From the NCBI GenBank assembly GCA_051294905.1, contig CM119372.1:21702001-21766000 (forward strand): a stretch of 64,000 bases of DNA, in the 5' to 3' direction. Position numbers and translations under genes: made by a program. Numbering within the stretch: position 1 is the stretch's first letter; each line of letters begins with the position of its first letter. Shown in pieces: positions 1-11,606 of the stretch. This DNA is from Botryllus schlosseri. Its lineage: Eukaryota. Under the pieces are notes generated by a model. The model made no database searches and had not been told where the DNA came from. It saw only the letters and a program-made list of their open reading frames with translations.

Positions 1-1012
1 GTATTCATGGCGTTTTTCGACTAGAATGGTCATCCATTTACGCATGAACTCTGAAGTCGTCTGTAGTCTGCGACCGTGACTACAGAGCACGATACATTTG
101 ATTTTTACAATATCTGTTCAACATCAGTTAAAAAAAATTGAGTGACGCATAACAGCACTGTTACAGTCGGGCGCTGTGGAGTCGGAGTCTCACAATTTTT
201 TAGCACGCCTTTGAGTCGGAGTCAGAGTCGAAATCGTGAAAATTATAATGGCTAAAGTCGGAGTCGTGGAAAATATAGTGATTGGAGTCGGAGTTTGTGA
301 ACATCACCCTGACTCCGACTCCGACTCCAACTACTTTATTATGAAAACAATTGCTTCAAGGTAAATTACTAATAATAACTCAAATCGGATTTTTATGTAC
401 AATCAATTACTGTTATTAGTAACGATAATGATAAAATTGGACATTATTTGCAAATCGCAATTCAGTTGCAAGAAGAAAATCGCAATGCATCTTCGCGATG
501 CAGTCACAAATTGATGCATTTTTTGGAATTATACCATGATACTGTGACAGATTAAATACAACGTCAGGTTTTGTAAAATTGTAAAATTGATGTGTAACTA
601 AACGCTGTTTCCCCCTTGACAAAATTAAAAATATTTGTAGTGTAGCTCAGCTGCTTGGGTCGAACAACTGATCAAGAAAGACTGCATGTACTAGTCGCTG
701 AATACTTGACTTACTGCATGTAGGCTACACATATGCTATTTGACTACTTCTTAAATTTCGTTTCTGACCAATGTTTATTAGAAGTGAGAGTGTCCGTGCT
801 TGTAATCAGTATAGTGTATAATGAGAAAGTTAGTATGTTACATCTCTGTATTAGTTGCTGACTCATACACAAGAGCTACACTTCGGCTGTTTTATCTTCA
901 TTTTAAATATACAGGCTTAGATATTTGTCATGTTTAAATGATTCATATATATTAGGGTATTAGAGAGTCCATGTTACAAAAGTTTATGAAATATGAAAAA
1001 AGGAATAATATT

Positions 1013-1182
<170 letters not shown>

Positions 1183-1734
1183 TTTTCATTGAGTAAAAAT
1201 TACGTTAAAAAATACTGGTTGCAGCAATACGATCATTAGGGATCATCTAGTCAGCTGCATTGATGGAGTACAAAATCTTCTTTTAATAGAGTCTCTCGCC
1301 ACGAATAAATTAAAACAGGGTAGAACAGGGGTAAGTTGGAACAACAACAGAGTAACAGACAAAAATGATAAAGAAGTAACGAAAGAATGAAAAACAATGA
1401 AAACAAAAGATAAATAGAAGATTAATAAATGTACAGAGTTGTCAGTTCAATTTCTAGAAAAATAAAATGAAAAAATTTGGCAACGTAAGATTATCAAATC
1501 CAATAAACGGCAATTACAATGCAAATCTAAAATCTAACTAACTTCAATATGACATGAGTAAATGTGATTTAAATTCGTGACAAAAGGCTGAAAAGACATG
1601 CATGCTTCTACGTTAATTGTATAGTGAATAATTCGAGCTGTGCCACAATGAAACAATTTTTCATGCCATCGTTAATCTTTTATGTTTGCATATGTTTAAT
1701 GTCTATATGATAGTCATTTAACCATCACTGTGGC

Positions 1735-1928
1735 CAATGTTCCCTCTAAGCTGCGCACGTGCGCAAATGCGCAGTGCTTTCACGGTTTCTGCGCACAAAA
1801 AATCCAAGTTGCGCACAAAAAATCCGAAGTGACGATCTTTTTTTTAGTCGTCACGCACTGTTCTTCAAGGGTCTGCGCAGTGAGTTGGTGAGTGTGCGCA
1901 GACCCGTCAAAAATTAGAGGGAACATTG
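1735..1928. mobile_element. hAT-type MITE nested in the 168-2095 element
   Basis: Perfect 15-bp TIR CAATGTTCCCTCTAA and perfect 8-bp TSD ACTGTGGC. Second copy at 39744-39935. Confidence 0.95.
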
Positions 1929-3460
1929 ACTGTGGCATATAATTTTCGAAGTGAATTCCCTTAAGAAAATAGTCGGAGCCAGAGTCGGAGACGGCACGTT
2001 TAAAGACTCAGGAGTCAAAGTAGGAATTGGAGTCAGTATAATGAAAATGTCTGGAGTCAGAGTCGATGGTAAAATTTCCCGACTCCACAGCCCTGGTTAC
2101 TGTACACTGTACAGGTGCTAATCGAATAGATATGGGGCAATCACAAAATCCAGTCACCATTTGGTAGTGGCTCTTTGTTTTCGTTATGAATTCCCACAGC
2201 GGAGGTAATATAGATACTCGCTAATTATTATATTTGCCATGCTGGTGAAGGATACTCCGAAGTCCAGCACAGCAGCTCTGAACCGGTATCTTTCATAGGC
2301 GTACATTTTCAACATGGCATGCGACACAATTAGTGGTATCGGAACACCCAATTTTCCAGTAGTATCTGGTTGATGTAAATGAGTCACCTTATCCCTCATG
2401 CAGATTTTGATAGGTAGCGGTACATGATAAGCATACGTAATTTATTCAAATCAGGTGTGGATTGCTGTTCCGCACCATGCAAACTCATTCGTGGTATAGG
2501 TATCTACAGCCCATATAATGTGGTAGCTACCGTTCAAGTTTTGCCCGATATTACATACGAGGGCAATACGTATATAAACGTGATCCCGGAGCAAGTCACG
2601 GTCATACGGGTATTTTCCATATCATTGAGTGGAGCTTGGCAGTGCCTGGTTTGTCCGTTGCCAAAACATATATTTTCGGTATCGATATGTGGTGACTCGT
2701 GATCACTTTTCTTAGATATGCAAATAAACACGCTGCTGCCGAGTCACTCGGATCAAAAAGACGAAGGTGAAGAAGGAAGACAGGAAATTGATAAATGGAT
2801 GGCAATATAAACCAGGGCGAGTAAACTACGTTAATAAAAGCTACGATTTAAATCACTGTTCAGAAGTGATACATGAGTATTGAACTATCGATACAATTCT
2901 GTACGAGCCGCGGTTGGAAGGTGTTTGCTTCATTGACAAATATGTCGTGCATATTGGATATTGGTCGGTCCTTATTTCGATGCACTATGGCGTAGTAAGG
3001 GTACTACGATACAATTAAGGGCCAATTAGCCAGCGTAGTATATGTATGGTTAACGGAAAATCCCTAAGGCTGGCGAATAGTCAAAGTGCGATCAGAATGG
3101 GTAGCAGTTTTCATGATACATGGGCTATTTCGTTGGATTGTAACGTTAGTATCCAAAACCTATTTTCTACCTCGGAAAATTCTAAAATGTAAAACAAGCA
3201 TGTCCATACGTGAGTAGGCTAAGTAGTGCAAATGGTCAAAGCCTACTTGATTCCTTCGAAAAGTAAAAGTACTTCGGTACTGACTGAAGATGTGTATATA
3301 TATTGGATATACATGGGTAGTGTTCTATGTTTTAAATAGCCAAGGTAATGGAAATAGATCAGAACAAACATTGCCACATGTTCGTAGTGATACAGTATTG
3401 CCATTTTGTTTTAATTGTAATTTCAGGCTATACATGTGGTAAAAATCATTTGCCTTCACT

Positions 3461-3862
3461 ATGAATTTTATCTACTGCGCATTTGGGTTCCTGGTGACCT
3501 TCATGATGACTGAAGTACACGGGAGGGCAGCAATACCTTTTATCGGTAGGTATATTTCGACCATTGTTTCCCCAATCACCATTCTACACCGAAATAGAAG
3601 TTGTTCGATGAATTACCGAAACACTTGTTAACGTTGCTTTGTAATTTCAGGCATAGACCACTCAGATTGTGTTTGTGAAACAATGAAAGCTCATATATCA
3701 CATGTATTCTGCGGAGATTTTATTGACTGCATGTATGGAGAGAGCTGCGTTGGTGGACAATGTATTGATGGTGAGTATGAATATTCGCCTCACCCCTTTT
3801 GCTTCCTTTTCGTGTACTTTCATATTAAACATTGCTTTTCAGACACGCCCATCGCGTTCTAA
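3461..3862 (+). CDS. Small secreted cysteine-rich peptide, 74 aa, 3 coding exons
   Basis: Exons 3461-3545, 3651-3770, 3843-3862, joined by phase-1 GT-AG introns (gtagg..tttcag; gtgagt..ttttcag). Product MNFIYCAFGFLVTFMMTEVHG-RAAIPFIGIDHSDCVCETMKAHISHVFCGDFIDCMYGESCVGGQCIDDTPIAF*. Candidate 5'UTR intron at 3345-3426. Confidence 0.8.
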
Positions 3863-4559
3863 ATTGCAGATCTGCTGAATTTCGATTATATGTATCGTTG
3901 GTGATAATGTATACGTCTTAGTATTGGGTGAGGTCGGGATTGAGACGGGATATAGGACAACGAAGGCGCGGTTTTGAAAAATTCAAGGCTGATTCTAGGG
4001 GATTCCAGGGCCATAACCAAGATAAAAATTATTTTTCCTAATTATTACCACATTGGCTTTCGATCGATACTGGTGCTATCAAAGTGCGCGCTCGGGAGGC
4101 CAGTCCAAATATTGGCATAAATTGCCTTTGGTCAAATAGAGTAAATGTTGTTAGTTAAGCGCATTGAACATTGCGGAAAAAAATACATTCAGAAAAAAAC
4201 TTTACATGCAGAATACGCACAAGTTAGATAGATTCGATCAGTCGTGGTCAACTTGCGGCCGTAGAACAAATATTATGCGGCCGTCTACACAAAATTAAAT
4301 TGACGTCAATGTTGGTGGCCGTCAACAAGCAATTTGAATTAAAGAATTGATTCCCAAACATAAAGTCCCTTTACGGCTAAAACAAAGGAAGGATGGAAAC
4401 ATTCCAATATATATGGTCTTGACCAACAGGTTAGAGTAGACATAGGCATTGTGCGGCCCGCGACGCGATTCTGAGCGGCCCACGAAAAGTTGCTTGGAAA
4501 GAAAAACATAAAACCTATACTTTTGAATTTAGATGCGTGGATTAAAACCATAGCCTGTA

Positions 4560-7140
4560 TAAACCTAACAGGAAATTGTTATACTTTGATGCCTGTTGAT
4601 TTATATGTCGCGATTACGCAGCCTACGTAAGTCGCAGTACGCATTACACGGTCTGTGCATCAAGTTGTTACGTGATAGGTCTTTAAATCCATAATTCGTG
4701 AAACAAGTCAATCAGTGCTCGTGATTACTATGAGTCATCATCACCCACAAACGATGGCAAACGATGGAAACGGACATGACAAAAATAACACCGAAAGTTG
4801 ATATTCAAAGTTGGGTTGGAGCACTAATTATTTGTTTACTGGAGACAGAAGTTGAAATGCAAAGAATTTCAAGCAAGGATGTAATAATGACGTGGAAAAT
4901 TGTAATATATGAAAAAGGTTCACAGTGTAGAACCTACCAAGGTTCGGTTGTGAACGTGAACCTCTAAATTTCTGAAGTTCACACAAAGAACGCGAACGTG
5001 AACCTCACGTTCACACTATCCCTAGTAACAACTGCAAGTCAGACTGGCTGGCTGCATGACTTAAGCAAAATTGACAGCATTGTAGGAATTAGGATTAGGA
5101 GGATCATTTTTATACCACGACAAGACTGATATTTGGCTGATCTGACAGACCAGATATATCTCACGGACTCGAAAACGCAACAGATTTTGCATCAACCTGG
5201 TATACCGCCAACTTTTTGGTAGTTATAATAATTCAACAGGGTAATAGGAAATAAGAATAATCGCTCACAAGTATATGCACCAGTGTACTAATTCTATGTG
5301 GCGTTGGTGGGTTGCAGTGGGAGCATGTTCACCACATAACCCACGAAACTTGTGCTTCGTGCACCGAAATTGCAGACACTCTTTAGCGCTGGTTATAGCG
5401 GGTTATAACAAGAGGTTTGAACACATGCGACGTCACACTGGCAATGCTTTGCCTCTCGATTGTATAGAGTAGTGAATTTTTTAGCATAGGTCATGAATTA
5501 ATTATTGGGCCATCTCGACTTTTAGCTCTGGGGATTGCTAGGGTCAGTTTTCGCATATGGTCTGCAACAGATTTCTTCACGGGCCGAATGAAATTGTCTG
5601 GCCCACTGGTCGTCTGTTTGACAGCACTGCTATACTGTTGAGTCGGTGCAGATATGTGACTGTGATCGCGATCCCCAGAAAAGGGCAAACAACCCCCCTA
5701 GCTCGAGAACCACTATATTTGACGAAAGCATACAAACGGCCTTATTGACACTACGAATATACGGTTCTCTTAGAATTGCAATTACAATTAGTCTCATGAG
5801 AATAAATTACAGTTATTTTAATTTGGCGGTATATATGCCGCAAAAAACATCAATACCAAAAATATACAAGGTACTATTCCTATTTTAATTTATTTTTCAT
5901 TGCAATTTAGGCGAAGGCAGGGGTACTGAAACTAATATATGTGACATTAAATCGTGCGAAGCTCGAAGAAAAATTTGAAGCAGCATAAACCTTCGGGAAA
6001 ATGAAAAATTGTTTTTGTTGATTTACGGAATAAATTTTAGCTCTCTTCAAGCCTTCAAAATTCCGGACATTTCGGCATATTGCAGTATTTCCTCCCGGAC
6101 GCAGTTTAAACTGTGAAATTCTGGACAGGTCCGGGAAATTACGGACGTATGGCAGCCCTAATGTAATGGAGTATCTTCCTTATACCTCCGGAGGCCTACG
6201 ATGCTATATATTGTAGGCCCCATACCTCCAATTAACATTATTTTGTGGCATTTTGTCTCAATGCCTCTGCGATTGTAGATGCCTAGATCGCGTGCTTTAT
6301 TATTTTGGTTACAAGGATTTTCGACACGGAATCTCTCACGTCGCAGTTTCTTCATCAATGAAGCTGAAATATATGAACGATTTCGTAGCAGTTTTTGCTT
6401 TAGCATGGGCTGGCTGATACGTCATGTTAACGTTAAATTTCGAAGAGCAAGAGGGTTGATGGTATTTATTATACTGAACAGTACTGACGACGCGAGCATG
6501 TGATTGTTGCTGTCGCACTCCTGATGCAAATATGCCATGGCGTCCTTCTTGCATGCTTCGACCATATAAATTAGAGAATTTGCACGCTTGTATGATTACT
6601 GTCACCCCGATCCATAGTTATCTTTGCATCCATTCTCTAAATTTGAGCACGCATGGTTTTCGAGGACGCCATTACTCCATAACACGCAAAGAACATGATA
6701 GGTATTGAATGAAAATGCTACGAGAAGGCAATAACACAAAATAAGTGTATTTTAGCAATGGGTAACATCAAGAAGTGTCAACATTGAAAAGTGTGCGCCC
6801 CGCGCAATGGCTTTGTGATTTATATACCTTCGATCTAAATTCAAGTGGGCGGAGGCATACAAATGTTTCTTGTGCGCAGGTATATCTTCCACACAACACC
6901 ACATGAAAACATGAAAAAATTTCGGTTTCGCGCGGTATAGCTTCAGCAGTCTTCCCGATTGTGTGGCTCAGTCCGATGTCGAGCTTTTTTGAATGAGACT
7001 TTTTTACGCACAGTTTCGTAAGTTACTCTAGTTCAAGGTACTCCATACTTTAATTTGCTTTTCATCGCTATGCGGAATCCGGTGCTGTTGGCTTGCAGCG
7101 TTTAACAAACGCTTTCATAGGTGTCGCATCCACCACCTGC
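4560..7140 (-). pseudogene. IL-17 receptor-like (FNIII-TM-SEFIR) pseudogene R0b
   Basis: Motifs in the expected order: 6858->6763 MPPPT*I*IEGI*ITKPLRGAHTFQC*HFLML (D1-like); ~5290->5230 WCIYL*AIILIS (decayed TM); 5129->5052 SVLSWYKNDPPNPNSYNAVNFA*VMQ (SEFIR start); 4792 GVIFVMS; 4712 IDLFHELW. Limits approximate. Confidence 0.6.
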
Positions 7141-8071
7141 ACGTAATATACAAATATTTATAATTAAAATACTTATAATGGTATATTAGATCTACGACAG
7201 TACAGGTCATTGATAAGGGGGAAGTACTCCCAAATTATTTTCTGACTACGGTTACTCGCAATCACTAGGCCAGTGGTTCCAAACCGGGGGTCCGTGAAGC
7301 ATTTTCAGAGGGTCCGCGAAGCCTCTAGATTTGCAAAATGATTGACAACCTAATATATATTTTATGTTTTGATTAGGAAAAGCAAGAGCCTGTTTTGGTT
7401 CATAATAGCTAATACTTTAGGACTCACATCATTGAAATGGTCGTGTGAGATGAAATATCCCTCTGTGCAAACTCATTTTAATTGTCAAATTGCCAATAGC
7501 CTTCTGACGCAAACATATTGCTGTTTAAAGATGTATTGTCAGAGTTTGTGGGAAATGAAATGTTGGATATAGCAAGGTCAAACAGGCAAACATTTCGGAT
7601 TTGGAGTTGTCAGTCTTGGCAAATTAGTGAACAGTCGTTTGAAAAAGAAATTCCTGATTTTTTTTCCGAATCTGTTCCAATGAAGGAATTAAAACCTCGC
7701 CACGAAATCCATTTTCTCCTGTGATATAACCACTAAATAACCTACGTGTGAGATGCTCTGGACGTGATATGTTCACGGATGACGTCACTATGTACAATTC
7801 GTCCCGCTGGTGTCGCCCGGTTATATCTAGATGTATTTGAGTCGGCATAATGTAGGTAGATATCATGTGATGGAAATCAACTTCACTGTATATGTGACTT
7901 TTGCGACGTCGTAGTCACACGAAATAGATTCTATGGCCCTTTCTGGTCTGCTTTGTGTCGAGGTAACACGCACAATTTACTAGTGATTCTTACCTTGTAT
8001 ATCATACCATACGACCGAATTCAGTCTTGTCGATATTCATACAGCTATGTCAGCAAGACCTAGTAGAGTAA

Positions 8072-8560
8072 TGTTGGCGACCTTGCCATTGGAGACCACT
8101 CTTTCCTAAAGATCGAATATTTTGATATTCAATACTCATTCGCTCTTTCCCAGTTAGTGAGTTGGTGAGATTTATAGTTGAATTCGATCGATAGGTAGCC
8201 TACCCATAGGTACGTCGACACAATGTGTTCTGAAATCGTACTGATTATGCGATAAATGCTTGCTGGTGATGTCGTTTATATGAACGGTTTAGCGAATTTT
8301 ACGATTCATTTTGTGATTTTGTTGGCGACCTTGCCATGGGAGACCTCTCTTTTCCAAAGATCGAATATTTTGAAATTCAATTCTCATTCGCTCTCTCCCA
8401 GTTTGTCAGTTGGTGAGATTTATAGTTGAATTCGATCGAAAGGTAGCCTACCCATAGGTATGTCGACACAATGTGTTCTGAAATCGCACTGATTCTGCAA
8501 TAAATGCTTGCTGGTTATGTCGTTTATATGAACGGTTTAGAGAATTTTACGATTCATTTG
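8072..8560. repeat. Tandem duplication with a ~248-bp period
   Basis: Both units begin TGTTGGCGACCTTGCCAT (8072 and 8320) and align throughout with scattered substitutions. Confidence 0.95.
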
Positions 8561-9681
8561 GAGATGGCGTTGACTATACGCAACACTTGACTTTCATTTC
8601 AAATCTTGACAACTGTACCGTATACTAATTTGCGGAACTCCCATAAAAAGTCACTGCTGTGGACGTGGGCATGTTCGCTTGCCCGTGTTCGGAGCTCACG
8701 TCCATTGTCCGGTTATTTAACATTCAAGTTTGCCCACATAGACGGTTTGATTTTCCGATTGCGACTTTATACTTGGAAACTATTGCAATCGGCCGCTAAC
8801 TACAGAGCAATAAATATGTGAATCTGATACGCAGTTTAGCTGTACAAATACAAGAGTTTAAATGCTTTAACTCGGATTAATAAAATGAACCTACTAGAAT
8901 CAGGTAAACACTACCGCGCCTGACCTACAATTGGATGTCAGTGAATATCCCTCAATCCACCCGTTTTTGGTATTAGATCTCTATTGTTTGAGTAAATGTG
9001 ACAACGAGCTGCTCTACCGTGTATATTGTACAATTTGTATATAATATCGTGTCATTTCTATACGCTGTCTACAATGACGCGTTAGTTTTCATGAACTATT
9101 GAACACCTTATATATTGTTTTCGAGGTGATATAATATCCTATATAGGCTATGCCTGCTTTTATTTCAATAACAGAACAACAGCTGGATAGGGTTAGACTT
9201 AGCATCAGCACCCGATTATACTTCGTTAATAAATAAAAACAAATTGGCCACGCTTTACGTGACGGTACATAGCCTCTCATTAAATAAACCCATGGGCAGG
9301 GCCGTAACCGCTACACCCCACACACCCCAAGTGGGAGACTTGCTCGAATAGGGACCATGGGCATTATTAAGGTTAATCAACATAAATTATATAGTATTTC
9401 GTGAGAGATTTATTCAAATCGGGCTGGCCGACCGGCCATTATCGCGCCACTACCGACCAACACATGGAGTTCTGGTCAATATGCGACTCCTCGAAGTGTG
9501 CTGCCAAAAATATCGGCATGGAGAATACCTTGGCCGAAAATGACTCCGCATATATTGGTACCAATCTACGATATAATTGCTCATTGCTTTATTTCCCACT
9601 GTCCATATGCGTCTAAATGACCGGCGCCGAATAGTCGTGTGCTAGCAAACTGAACCCTACTGTATGAATGCCACCTACAAG

Positions 9682-10024
9682 CAGGGCATGGAACAGTATG
9701 GTATGGTATGGAACGAAATTTCGTTATGGAATATGGAAAAGTGCAAGTATGGTATGGTATGGAAATTTCCAAGTATGGTATTGGATTTCTTTTCCATGCA
9801 TTCCATACTTTGGAAATTTTACCAGAGCCATGACAGTGATCCAACTTTCGATGTGTCAAATCGATTGCATCCCACATAAAATCGTTCACTGACACATCTC
9901 AAAGTGCGACTCAGACTCACCCACCCCTGTCGACATATATACGTCACGAACACAAAAAAGTTGAGCAACTCTCGTATGAAGCGAAATATAATTAATTTCT
10001 CATTCCATTCCATACCATGCCTTG
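9682..10024. mobile_element. MITE with (TATGG)n subterminal repeats
   Basis: CAGGGCATGG ... CCATGCCTTG inverted ends with internal TATGG/CCATA pentamers. TSD unclear. Confidence 0.65.
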
Positions 10025-11301
10025 CGTCCAAGTCAAAGTAATACGCTCAGTGAAGAAATGCGCAATGTTGGTTTCATGAAGGAATTTTGTTTAGTTTAGT
10101 TCTGTTTCGGTTCCGCACATGGAATAGATATGGGTCGAGCGATATATTTGGCCCTGGGCACGATGTGCATATCTAATATAATTTCGAATAATATACCTGG
10201 AGAAGTCAAAGGCTTTCAACGATGATTTCTTACTCATTTGGTGTATAAATGAATCTCATTCAGTGTGCATCTACTTTCTGTCAACCGTCCCAGCAAATCG
10301 CGGCGAGCGTTTGTTTGCAATTTACGAAGTAATTTAATCCAGGATTTCACTATATTTATACTTGCCATGCGGGTTTACGGGTTCGTATTCGCCTTCTATC
10401 GCTGTCGTATCGGAAGAAACACTCTGATAGGCGGTAAATCCCATTTCAGTCACTTCTTCCATCTCCACAGAAGTATTCACATAAGCAGGTGTATTTTCCG
10501 TTGTCCTTGACGACTCAATAGAAACTTTGTAATAATCAGATGCCTTTTCTGAAAAACTAACATACAGTCTCTTGTCAAAATACTTAGTCTACGGAAATTG
10601 TTGATTATGGAGTATATTTACTCAAGCGTTTCCTCATAGACTGGACTTTCCTGTGGGGTTATTTCTGTATCCAAGGGTACCATCTTCAATCTCTTTGCTC
10701 TTAAAAGTGGTTGGATTCTGTTGCACGCAAGCATTTTTGTGTACACTAAGCGACCGCTAATGGTCGTGCTGGTTAGAAAAAGATGTTACGGAATACGGAT
10801 ATACCTATCAAAAAATTATTTCGCTCTGCTCATACGGGCCTTATAATATAGGAAAAGCGTCATTGCATGACATTTGGTGAAGCGGGGCGGGAATGGTTAA
10901 CAGATAAACCGATTTCCATAGCATACTACCATATACATCCCATGAGGGGTCGAATTCTCATGCTCTGGAAAATTGATATCTCGTGGGATGTAGCTGCTAC
11001 ATTATAGCAGCACGAGTCCCACTCTTTGTGCACCTTTCCCACAGTTCTGTTTCTAGTTTCCAGCTCAGTTTGAATGTCCATGAGAGCGTACTTATAACTG
11101 CTTTTAACAAACTACTCACTTAATGGAATATATATCAAGCCAGCCCATTCCAATTCTACGTTAAGTAGGGTTACGACAAAACCTCTGTTTTGTCCTCTTT
11201 TATCAAGAAACCCGAAATGTCCTCCGAGGACGCCCAAATGTCCTCTTTTTAAGCAATTCGTCCTCTTTTATTTCCTTGATCGTTAGGCAAATACATAGAG
11301 A

Positions 11302-11606
11302 TAGGGGTACCATATTCTGAGATATGGAAAAAGATTACACTTCTTACGAGTCACAAAAGATGAAGTACACCATTCATTAACAGGGGAGATTTGGAAATTT
11401 TACTGCTAATATCGATGGATTGCTCAAAAAAAGTAATTTGTCCAACTCGACTCCCGACAGGCCTGTCCCCGTGTATAATGGGTTGGAGATAGTAGGTAGA
11501 CTCTTAAACATATAAAGGTACACGAATTGCGGGAAAGGAGGACATTTGGGCGGCCTCGGAGGACATTTTTGATTTCTTGAAAAAGGAGGACATTTATGGT
11601 AACCCC
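11302..11606. mobile_element. hAT-type MITE (TAGGG-ended family)
   Basis: TAGGGGTACCATA ... TATGGTAACCCCA ends. Relatives at 11166, 38074 and 55700-56022. Confidence 0.75.

Noticed and set aside
9581..10031. Overlapping Trp/Tyr-rich ORFs
   Set aside because: They arise from (TATGG)n repeats of a MITE.
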